This document shows, piece by piece, positions 52,689 through 64,000 of a stretch of DNA of 64,000 nucleotides; position 1 is the stretch's first letter, and every line of letters starts with the position of its first letter. Source of the DNA: Vicugna vicugna (lineage: Eukaryota); contig MU058384.1 in NCBI GenBank assembly GCA_013265495.1, positions 2,703,010-2,767,009 on the forward strand, in the 5' to 3' direction. Below the pieces are notes generated by a model, which saw only the letters and a program-made list of their open reading frames with translations, was not told where the DNA came from and ran no database searches. The translations under genes and the position numbers were made by a program.

Positions 52689-53778
52689 AGTCATGTTCTG
52701 GATTCAGACAGGCTGGAAGTCAACCAGCTTGCCAGCTCTGTGGCTGTGGGCAGGTTATTTGAACTCTCAACGCCTTAGTGTCACCTCACTTCTCAAATAG
52801 AAATAAATGCTAACATAGTGTGAACCTTAAAAAGTTATTATGAGGATTCAGTGAGCTAAGATATGTCCGGTTCGTAGCCCCGGGCCTGGCAGCGTGATTA
52901 CTTCATAAATGTGAGTTCCCGCCTCGAGAGGGAAGGTTGTGTGGGTAGATTTTAAAGATCAGTGTAGGTTGAACAGTAAGCACAACTGGCTGGAATCCTT
53001 AGCTTGGGTGTCACGGCGCTTCTCTTGCCACAGGTCAGAGCAGAAGGACGCAGGGCTGGCGCTGCGCACGTAGCTCTTCAAACCTGCAGCTCAGTTTCCA
53101 CCTCATCCTGCTTGTTTTGGGGTCCATATCACTCATAGTAAATTCTGAATAGTTCGGAAGTTAAAATTTAGGCAAAATTTTAGAAAGGTTGTTTGCATGG
53201 AAACTTGTTATATACATCACAGCTACTTTACAATTAAATTGTTTTATTTCATATCTCTGCTTAGTCATAAGTACTATGTTTCCAGTGATTATGTTTGCCT
53301 GGAACCAAACTTTAACACAGAACAAAGATCCTTTTAAAGGTATTTGAAATAGTTCCGGAAGAGATTGTATTTTGGATTGTTCAAGACCAAAAATACTTAT
53401 CGTGGGCGTGTGGTGTTAGGACTCGAGTGAATCTTCTCAGTATACCTGTTTATATGGCCAGTTTACCAAATGAGATATAGTTTAACGAAAGAAATTTAAC
53501 TCTCATTTCAGAGACACAAACATTTGTCCCAAAACCCAGGGGAGAAGGCATTACTGCATGCCAGTATGTTAATGTCTGACCTATGAATTGTCCATTCTTC
53601 CCTTAAAATATGGAGATGCTTAAGTATTGTCAAAAGAGAAACTGTCATTCCACCCAAGTATAATTAGTAGAAACAAACAAACAAAAAAAACCTATTGATG
53701 CTTTGATAAGGAACTTTTAAATTTGGCACGGCTGTCTTACTAATTGCTGTTTCTTTTCTTTTTTTTTTTTTTTTGTAG

Positions 53779-53919
53779 CGTGGGGGAGGGCAGCTGCCGC
53801 CATGCTCCTCTGCGGATTTATCATCCTGGTGATCTGTTTCATCCTCTCCTTCTTTGCCCTCTGCGGACCCCAAATGCTTGTCTTCCTGAGAGTGATCGGA
53901 GGCCTGCTGGCCCTGGCTG
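53779..53919 (+). CDS. PERP: PERP coding exon 2
   Basis: Poly-T tract plus gtag acceptor; 141 nt reading (A)[46 protein letters not shown]; donor G|GTAAGA. Confidence 0.98.
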
Positions 53920-54420
53920 GTAAGACTGTCAGCAATTCTTTATTCCTTTCCGCAGTGGACATCAGCATAGTAACATCCAGTCCACAAAAGAAGATCCTGA
54001 CAATACAGTTCCTGATCTGTTCTCGGAAAATGTGTCACCAAAGGCAGAAGTAAGCGAGGAGAGATGTGTCTTAAGTTCTGAATCCCTTTCATTCTCCTGG
54101 ACTCGTAGACCTGTGTGCACGCACATGTGTAGGCATATATATTATTTTTGCTAACACTGAAAATATTAACTTATGTGTTTGGCATAGGAGATGCAAAAAT
54201 GAAAAAGTAGGCTCTTCTTTACCATCCTGCTTGCTGTTGTACCCCAAATTTTGCACTTTTTGCTTTAGTATAAATACCACACACCTAATATGGAGTGACT
54301 TTCTAATTTTCTGTCAGTATTCTGCTCAGTGCCAGGCATCTCTGATATGCAAAATTCAGTCATCTCTTTTGGATCATGATTAACTAGATTCCCCTCAGCC
54401 CCTTTTATCAGCATTATTGA

Positions 54421-54765
<345 letters not shown>

Positions 54766-55893
54766 GGTGGGGAATGAGCAGGAGAAAATCGCTGCTGCCG
54801 AGATGGATTCCAGAGAAAGAAACTGTTTTCCCCGGAAGACTTTGAACCTATTTTGGGGGGCGGTGTCATATCATTAAACTCTACTCAAAATGCTAAAGTG
54901 ATTTGGGAGAAAAATATTTTTTAAGTGGTGTGATAGTTTCATATTCATCTTTTATATGTGTTTTGTAGAGTTAAATAAGACTGACTTCTTTTAACGAATT
55001 ACCTATAATACGCCAATATTTCCTTGTAACTATACATATCATTTATATGGCATTTGTAAAAGAACATGAGTATGAAACTTACCACATAATTTATAAGGTA
55101 AAAATGAGAAGGCTTCAAAGATTTAAGTAATCTGATCAGATTTCTGTTTTTCCCAGATGGAATGGACTAGGTCTATTAAGGGCTCAGGAGAGAAGGGCGA
55201 TATTGGTAAAAAATTGTCAGTGAGCAAATATCCTAAAAGAAATGCAAAAAATAAATACTGTTTTCAAGCCCTCAGCTCTTTAAAGATGCACAATAGTTTC
55301 CTAAATGCATATCATTTGTGAGCATTTCTAATTAATATCGTGAATAACTGATTTGGGGCTCAGCTTCCCAGTAACTTGATATGGCATCTAGGAAAGTATT
55401 CTTTCATGACCAAAGCCTGTTGCAGTAGTAAGGTGTACTTAAGTAGTGAAATGTTAAGATGAAAATTTCTCTTTTAAAGGGGGTTTATAGGGTTGGGGTG
55501 CGGTAAAATGCTTTATTAGTACTGTTTGGTGTCTATATGTTCTAGCCCAGAGTAGGCTGGATTGCAAGATGGACTGGTCTAATTCAACATGACTGATGGA
55601 TATGATTAGGAATTTTTCATCTTAGGTTTGACTGGACTCTAATCATATAGACACAGCTTCTGATAGATTGCAACTGTAAGCAAAAAGTGAAATAGAGCTG
55701 AAAACCTGGTTTTCCTTGACAAACAGATTTAAAATATCTGATGTAAAACATGCAACAGGAGAATTCAGGGATATGGGATTTCTCTGAATGGCAAACATGA
55801 TATATGCATGGATTATTATTTTTTTTTACTATTTGTACTTACCTAATGAAAACCAATTCATTTTATATATCAAATTATTTTGTAAGTTGTGAA

Positions 55894-55980
55894 AATAAAC
55901 AGTTGCAGTTTTCATAATGATTTTTTCCCAATAAACCAGGTGTTTTAATCTTGTTTCTAGTTTGCAGTTTTTTGGTTTTG
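55894..55980 (+). terminator. PERP: PERP polyadenylation signals and downstream T/GT-rich element
   Basis: AATAAA at 55894-55899 and 55930-55935, followed by a T/GT-rich tract (ttgtttctagtttgcagtttttggttttg); gives a ~1.2-kb 3' UTR. Confidence 0.7.
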
Positions 55981-57532
55981 TTTCCCCCCGCCCCCCCAAA
56001 ATTGGGGGAAGGGAATTTTTAAAAGATGTTTCGAGTGGGGTAGTAAGAACCCTGGATAAAATGAAAAGATGCTTTTTCTTAGTTTTAAGGGTCTTGCTTA
56101 TTTCAGGTGAGCATTAAAAAAAAACAACAACCCAATTTTTTGAATGAACTTAAATGGATTCTGGTAGTACACTCCCTGCTCAATGACCAATGCCCAGGAC
56201 ACAGATATCAAACAGTATTATCCAGTGCTGCCACCAGAGGTAAACAGACTAAGAGCTTTCTGGTAGTTCTGGACGCCAGAGAACTTCAGTGTAGTTTAGC
56301 TGGTGGTTCCTCCTTCTCCCATCTTTCCTGGCACAACTTATGCTTGAGATGGAATCTTCTTCCATTCAGGTCAGGGGACAGCAAGCATTTTCTTTACTTC
56401 TTTTCCTCTTGTCCATCTTCCATCTTCTGGTTGGTAGCTTTTTCCCCACCATGGCTCATGGGTTAATTCTACTCTGGTATATATAAATGTGAAGAAGGGT
56501 TTCAGAGTAGCATGGTGGAAGAATGAGGATATTTCTTCTTAGTGCTTCTGCCAGCCAGTTGGTCCTTAGGCATGAATTTTCCTTCTATCCTTTTCAACAT
56601 TTGAGGTGAGGGGTTCCCATCATAAATCCACAGAAATTGGAGGATTATTTACACCAAAATTTTTCAAAAAATCTGTGTCAGAGGATTTGAAGTGACCATT
56701 AACGATGTTTAAAATGCTGTCTTCTAAAATAATAGCACAGCTAAATCAAGAAAATCATGGATATTGAGAGATTAAAAAACTGGGTCCCCCATTAGACATG
56801 AAAATGACTCTTGGGTATAGGTTCTCTGAAGCAAGCATTCTTGTCTTTGGATTATTATTTCCTGTCCAACTTTCTTCTTCCCCTCCTCAATAAATAACAC
56901 GCTAGACCCTAATGATACACACTTAGGGAAAATGCAACTTCCTGGAACCAATGATCTGTATTAACAGAAGCAATTTCAACTGAAATATTTGTGACAGAGA
57001 CACATGAAGCATCATTATTTCGGTTAGAAATGTTCCGCTTCTTTCAGCCTTGTACCAGTGAGGAGATCTTCCTTTCCTTGTGAGTTCACATGCATTAGGA
57101 TACATACCTGTGGGCCATAAACAGAGCAAGAGAATTCCAGGGAATTCTGGAGAGTATGAAGAATTTGACCAAGAAGCCAGCCACCTGAAGCTAACAATGC
57201 TTGCACGCGATTTCCTGTGATAAAGCTGAGGTGGTTTCTGGCTCTGTAATTAGATGAAGAGTTCCCCACCCTTTAAACAAGCAGTTCCCGAACAATTACC
57301 TCACGCTCACACTATTAAGTAGTCAGATCTGCCAAGAGCCGTTTACTGCTGACTGTAACAAAGAGGTAACGTGTCAAGGACTGTCAGTTGTCACACGAGG
57401 TAACTACGGAGTGGAATTCCTTTTAGCTTCAAAACCGTATACTGCAGGACTGACATTAAAGTTGCAGAGGCTTTCCTTTTAAAGGGAATGAAAACAATGG
57501 AAAAACAGTCATAACTTAATTAGGTTGATTTT

Positions 57533-57586
57533 TTTTCATTTGCTTTCTTTTTTTAAATTGAAGTATAGTCAGTTTACAGTGTTGCA
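57533..57586 (-). mobile_element. Extremely 5'-truncated LINE-1
   Basis: aattgaagtatagtcagtttacagtgttg plus T-rich tail; exact 16-bp TSD taattaggttgatttt at 57517-57532 and 57587-57602. Confidence 0.85.
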
Positions 57587-58744
57587 TAATTAGGTTGATT
57601 TTCGCTACAAACTCCTGTTGACCGTCCTATTAATAAACACGAATGCTGAATGGACTTTTGTTTTCCCAGGGACACCTGAAAGGGCATATTTGAGTCTCAT
57701 CCCTTCGTTAGCTCTTGCTAGCAGCGCAGGAGTTCATGGCTTGTGCTGTTGACTCCTCCTCATGTCTCATAACCTCATCTGTAAAATGATTGCAGTGATT
57801 CTGTTTCCTTCAGACTTCTCCGACTCAGTGTGTTTGTATGTGTATCTGCTCATTTGTTAAATTACTCAAATATTCTTGGGAAAAGGACAAAGGGTAAAGT
57901 GATGCTATTTTTTGGTGTGTTTTTTCAAATTGATTTTCATAACTAGACATGGTAATTAACATCTTCTTAGTATTGTGATGGAATTTTTTTCTTTCATTGA
58001 AAAATTAGAGAATATTCCTTTAACTGGAAGAACTACTAAATAAGTGCATGCAAATTCTATCATGAAGCTAAGTAACCCTGAAGCCTAGAAGATCTTTATC
58101 TATCTAACAGCGAGCTTCTGATTCAAGATGGAAGGAACTCAATTAAACAATCACTTCGGACCAGTATAGAAAAAAGTGTAGAATAGGAAACAAGTGCCAG
58201 AGGAAATAAACCCATAACCAAAGAGGGATAGATCAGCTAACCAGAGAATTTGTCAAATTTCTGGCAGATGAGAAATGAGTGACATCGTCAATACAGCACT
58301 GAAGCTGCCACCAGAATAAACCCGAGTTGGCTGTCAGGGAAGTAACAGCTGCGCTGCTTGATAAGACAAAGGAGTGCCAAGCTTGGTGTTGGCAGGAGAC
58401 AAGTCAGACTGGGAAGGGAGGAGGGTGTAAATCAGGGGGATGAGTTAGAGGTCTGCCCCAGTTGGCCTGGCTGCCCGTTTCCCCACCAGACTCCCACCTA
58501 AAACTTACAGAGTAAAAGGACCCAGAGATGATGGTCATGCTTTCTAAACAGTATTTAACCTACCTCACCTAGACCCTCTGATATGGACTGAATTATTCTT
58601 AATTGTTCAGAGAAGAAATGGAAGCACAGGTATGTGAAGTAACCTTCTCAAGGTCAGACAGCTGGTAAATAACAACATTAATAACAGATACAAAATACAC
58701 CGCGTTGTGATATGGTGTGGCAGGCAGGCCACAGTCCAGTAGGC

Positions 58745-58888
58745 NNNNNNNNNNNNNNNNNNNNNNNNNNNNNNNNNNNNNNNNNNNNNNNNNNNNNNNN
58801 NNNNNNNNNNNNNNNNNNNNNNNNNNNNNNNNNNNNNNNNNNNNNNNNNNNNNNNNNNNNNNNNNNNNNNNNNNNNNNNNNNNNNNNN
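58745..58888. other. Assembly gap (144 N)
   Basis: Run of N. Confidence 1.
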
Positions 58889-60957
58889 AACCTCTTCCCC
58901 ATATTCCAGGGAGGATTCCGCCTCGCCTGTGTGTTTTGGAGGGCATTTTATAATGAAGTATGGAGCAACAAAGGTGGAGGACCAGAGTGTAAAGTACTAG
59001 GCCTGGGTGAGGGCTGGTTCTTCAGAGAGTTGGGGGTGAGAGGCAGATGAAGGAAATTAATGGGAAAGAGGTAAAAAGGAATTTAAAAACTCTTCCAGAA
59101 TCTCTATCTCACTGCACTATGTTTGAGAAACACATTTCACACTGTGTTGAGTTTTCATGATTGGACCGTCTTTTTTGGGAGCACTTCTCTGTGCTTTGAC
59201 TGTGACTCCTTGAGTCATGACTTCACAAGCATCACAGGTATAAGTCATTTTCCAAATCATCCCAGGGGTGTGGTTGACTTGAGAGGGTCCAGCCTTAATG
59301 GAGAGGGCATCGTAAATAAAACCCTTTTATCTTCTTTCCGAAGCGCTAATTTTTAGACTTTCTAAAATGCATTGCTTTTAGTATTACAGATTACTAGTCC
59401 TAACCGAAGTACAATTTTTTAAGACAATAGAATTATCCACACACTGTATAGAATATGTATCTTAATTGTCGTTTATAAGATATTTTGAAAAATGTATTTC
59501 AGAAAAAAACAAGTTGAATGCATGAAATTCACATAGAGCATGGAATCCATAAATATAGATACACCACATCTTATCCTTCAGGCTTTTGTTTCGTTGTGGA
59601 ATATTCTTGATCAGAAAGGGAAATTCACGGAAGGGTTCCTTTCACTTCCCCACATCATCACCCAAGTACTGTAAGCAGAGGAACGTGCATGCAAAACCCC
59701 CAGTTTTACCTTAAATTTTTGTACAAATGTTTATTCTGAAATGTAGCCAATCTTGTTTCACTATAAACATGTTTTAAATCACAAGTTAATTAATTATTTA
59801 ACCCTCTACTTTCACTCCACAAATCTTCAACTAGAGTGATATACGTAAATGAAGCTTTTCACATTTGGGGAAGGCGTTGTCTCTTTAGAGGCAATTATCC
59901 AAACTCCCAACACCTTGACTTTAATTTAGGTGGACGATACAAAGAAACGTTTTTAATAGTCTTCTAAAACTTCATTCCCTTCTGAAGAAAGAAATTCAAG
60001 GTATTACCAGTAAAACCATAACAGGAATTCAAACAATTCTGACAATCTAAATCGGTCTGAAAAGGGGATGACTTTGAACCAGAATATCCTACAACAATGC
60101 AGTGAGGATGTCATTGCAACTGTGGCCAACAGCTCGGCCAGGGGCGGGAGCTGGTTATTTAGGAAGTTGGGTGAAGAGATTCAGTTCCAGCTCTCTCTTT
60201 TGAAATCCCTCTTCTTTTTTCCCTCTCTCTTTCTGCAACAGAGTTTTAAAAACAGGATTCTTGGGGTCGAAGATTGCTTTATCTTATCTTTGTAGAGTGG
60301 TTTTAGGTTTTAAAATTCCTGAAGACATACTGAGCTGGGGACACATTGGTGGATGATCAGAGCCCTTTGTTTTTTGAGATCATTCTTCAGGGAGCTTGCC
60401 TTGCCTTGACACACTTTCAGTGCACTGTTTTTGGATTTCTCAATTCTGGCAAGTATCTGGGTGTGTTTTCAGGGTGTGGCAGAAATGAGTATAACACACC
60501 TTAAGTCTGGGAAAAGAGAGCCAGAAAGGGCAATTAAAAGAGGTTCAGATTCTGTCACATTCATGATGCTTCATTTGTACTATTCTGTGTTTCATTGTTA
60601 ATTTTAACAAAGTACTCTTTGGCTGCAGAAATAAGGGAAAACCAGAAGTGTATGTGTGTATGTGTGTATGTGTGTGTTTAAAGATAGTTCTCATGTGAAC
60701 AAATGGAAACCTGTTGATTTAAGTGGCATAAGACTGTCTTAGTGATAATGAGTCATCAAATAATCATAATAGACAGTTGTATAATGGTTTGCCCAGCCAG
60801 TTTTTCCAGTGTGAAGAGTCAAGGGAGCTAACCTGCTACTGTCAGCTGTTTCTGAATAAGTTACTTTTAAGAGAGAACTCACTTGGAAAGTAAATGGCTG
60901 AGTGAAATTGTGAAAGCAAGTTCCATATGAGAATTCTCTGTTCCTGTTCTTTGCTTT

Positions 60958-61144
60958 TTTTTTTTGCTTTTATTTTTTTAACATTTTTTATTGATTTATA
61001 ATCATTTTACAATGTTGTGCCAAATTCCAGTGTAGAGCACAATTTTTCAGTTATACACGAACATATATATATTCATTGTCACGTTTTTTTCTCTGTGAGC
61101 TACCATGAGATCTTGTGTATATTTCCCTGTGCTATACAGTACAA
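60958..61144 (-). mobile_element. Young LINE-1 3' end
   Basis: T-rich tail plus tttattgatttataatcattttacaatgttg...ccctgtgctatacagta; exact 16-bp TSD tcctgttctttgcttt at 60942-60957 and 61145-61160. Confidence 0.9.
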
Positions 61145-63344
61145 TCCTGTTCTTTGCTTTCTATTCTGGTTACTCAGTGGATGTTCTTAAATGGAAATGC
61201 TTCAGTGAAAATTCATATTTTCAAATGCCAGCTCACCCAATTCCTAGTCAAGCAACACTTCCATACCTAACCCTTTTTCCAAGAAAAAAAAAAAACTGGT
61301 TTCAGTGCAGATATAGAAGACTGATGAACTGATGCGTGTATATAGGAAGGTGACACTTGCCATGATTAATTTCATGTTGACAAAATTGACCGCTGGAATA
61401 ATCTCCTCTTCTGAGGATGTCTAGGTGGCTAGAAATTGGATATTAAGACTAGAGACATCAACATGATAACATGAATTCCTGGGCAACCCCAAATAAACAC
61501 CAACGGCTTTTTGTCTCAGAAAGATAAATTAGCCACAAAGGATGCTTCTGCCCTTGCTCTGGAGGGAATCTTTCTGGTAGGGCTCTTAGGGAAAGAACGC
61601 ATGCAGCCTCCCACCAGGAGCACCCTGGGCTGTGTGCCCTTGGGCAGGACACAGCTGCACCACCCACCAGGCAGCCCTGTCTGTGCGATCAGGGCATCCC
61701 AGCACCACGATGGGACAGTCCTCACTCCAAAGAGGAGCCCTGATACAGATGAAGGTTACTGCCAGAATTGTTCTAAGATGTCAGTCAAGCCTTCATCTTC
61801 CCTGCACACATCCCCACACTCGCCTCCCCTAATTTTCTTCCGTAAGGTTCAGAAACATGGAGACATCAGGCACTTAGTATCAGGGTGAATACCCTAGAGG
61901 GTAAATTCAACATTCAGAAACATCACCAATTAGAGTTGAAGCTGAGTCAAATGCCTGTTGCCTTATCCTATTCACATATGCTGCAAATACATGGACCTCA
62001 GTGGAAACTATGCCACATTAAAAAAAGGAAAGAAGGAAGGAAGGAAGGAAGGAAAAAAAAGAAAGGGTAGAATGCTGCTCAGCTCAGAGTGCTACTTCTG
62101 CACTTCCTGACTGAGCAGATTAACAATGAACTTCCAGCTGCAACTGGCTAATTCTTAGCCGAGTGGCCCTGGCGAGGCTCTCTGAGGGTTCCCGGAGGAG
62201 CTGTGACTTTCCCACTTGCATAGATTGGTGCTGTCCTCCGCCCATCGCAAAACCGAATTGTTCAAGGAAAACCATTTCGAGCAGCCTGTTTCCAGACTTC
62301 TACCCAACTTGTCTCAGTTCAGCTTGTTTGGAACTAAGGAGCTTATGTGTAAAACATGTCTCGTTGTTCATGTTCTTTTACAGTTTTTTGTTCTAAGAAG
62401 AAGTTAGGGGAGTTTCTGGAAATACACGAAGAATGGGAGGATGTTACCGACAAGGCAGCTGGTTTTCTTCAGTGTCTCTTTTAGCGGGTCGTTGGAGGAA
62501 AGCACTGTTTGGGGCCCTGTGTTTATTTTGGTAACAGAGCAACCCAATCTCTGTCCCTCAGCCTGGAGGGGAGTGAATCATCACAGCATGAGTTAGGACT
62601 GGCAGACCAGGTGTAGACAACGCCTACGTTCTAAAATGCAGAACTTTCTCCAAAAAACACCTTCTTCACTGAGCAAAGAAGTTCGGAAACTTGGGCAAAA
62701 TGAAGATCCTCAAAGAAGCTTCATGAGGCTTATATTTCATGTCGAGCTGATATGTTGAACACGGATTTCTCATTTGCAGAAATTAACCGATAGGAACTTA
62801 TTTTTTCCTTTTGAGTTCTACAGATGTCTTTTGCAAAAGAGAAGCCACCATATAGAATTATCATGTAACATTCTCAGCACAAGGTGAGAGGTCAGATTTT
62901 CCCTAGAGAAATGCATACAAAAATGTCCCCACAAATTCATGTTCCAGATGTTAATAGATGTTACCAGAAAAGATTCTATGGTCAAATAACTGCAATAATA
63001 TGTAAGTCTTACCAGTTTCATATATGTTCCAGGCTTTTATTTGACTTTTATAATAATCCTATTAGATAAATGAAGTGTCTCCATTTTAGAGTTTGGGATC
63101 CTAAGGTTTAGAGAGGTTAGTGACTTTCAAAGTAAATAATGGAGCCAACATTCAAACTGGGTCTGTTTGACTCCAAAGTCCATTCTTCCACCCATATACA
63201 AATATACTTGGGAAATACAGAAGCAAGTACAGTGTAAAGAATTTTTTTTATTACCATATAAATTTCTGAACTATTAATGTGCTAAAATGAATTACAAGTC
63301 ATCAAGAGGTTTTGACAACAGAACACTTTTTCTTTTTCATGGCA

Positions 63345-63810
63345 CCCTGCCTTACTTTGGATTCCTGAGACAAGGACTTGGGGTAGGTAGTTTATTTGGG
63401 AGGTGACCCCAGGAGGCAAAAATGAACATGAGAAGAGGATAAAAGCTTAGGATAAAAGACAATCAAGTGTGTGTTTAGAGTCAGATCAACAAGTTGGGGC
63501 TCAGGATTGCTGAGGAGCTGTGGAGCGTGCACCTCAAAATAGTTCTACTGAAGGATGCAGAGGCTGGGTTATTTACCCAATGGCTGTCGCCCCTTCTTGC
63601 TGAGACTGGCTCCTGAAGTTTAAATCCCAGCCTGTCTGGGCCGCCCCGTGCGCAGGTTGAGCACATTCCCAAGCACCAGGTAAAGCTCTCGGGCCAAGGG
63701 GCAGGGAGACAGACATTTGGGGAGGAGCACTGTCGGTGACAAGGCAACTGTCGCTGCAGCTGCAGGGCCAGACATGGGCCATGGAGACCTGGTGGGACGT
63801 CAGCACTGTC
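63345..63810 (-). mobile_element. LTR16/LTR33-like ERVL LTR relic
   Basis: cctgagacaaggacttggggtaggtagtttatttgggaggtgaccccaggag signature. Confidence 0.6.
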
Positions 63811-64000
63811 TGCTGTTTAAACCACCCCCCCGCCCCCCCCCCATCCTGGCTTTGCTCAGAGCCTCCCTGACCTGCACTGAGCAGGCTCTGATATTGATGC
63901 TTTATGGTAGTTGAAGGCCATAGTCTCTAAGCATTATTGAAAAATGAGAAGATGAGTGAAATAAATTACAGTCCTCATAGCTGCAGCTACTGCTGAGGCT

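Noticed and set aside
58599..59050. ORFs spanning the N run
   Set aside because: Artefacts of the assembly gap.

Overview
Mammalian genomic DNA, most likely camelid (alpaca/camel), judged from the tRNA-derived SINE and the young L1 3' ends. Two genes are transcribed divergently, each from a CpG island. On the minus strand is the 5' end of ARFGEF3 (BIG3/KIAA1244): coding exon 1 at 17667-17751 and exon 2 at 12768-12819; I did not find exon 3, which presumably lies left of the window. On the plus strand is the complete three-exon PERP gene (CDS 43959-44172, 53779-53919, 54539-54765; 193 aa). The rest is intronic or intergenic sequence rich in L1, L2, MIR, LTR and DNA-transposon relics, with one 144-N assembly gap. 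I see no evidence for a new gene or a wholly new biological system, and the other long ORFs are GC-rich or repeat artefacts. The most unusual observations are: (1) a chimeric, TSD-flanked, poly(A)-tailed insert that places an ancient L1 3' end inside a younger L1; (2) a 168-bp patch of a different L1 subfamily inside an L1, bounded by a 52-bp exact repeat; (3) a diverged ~220-bp duplication in PERP intron 1; (4) non-conservative PERP substitutions, including a proline in TM1; (5) a uORF, a UPRE motif and a GGC repeat at the ARFGEF3 5' end. Repeat family names and comparisons with human are from memory, not from database searches.
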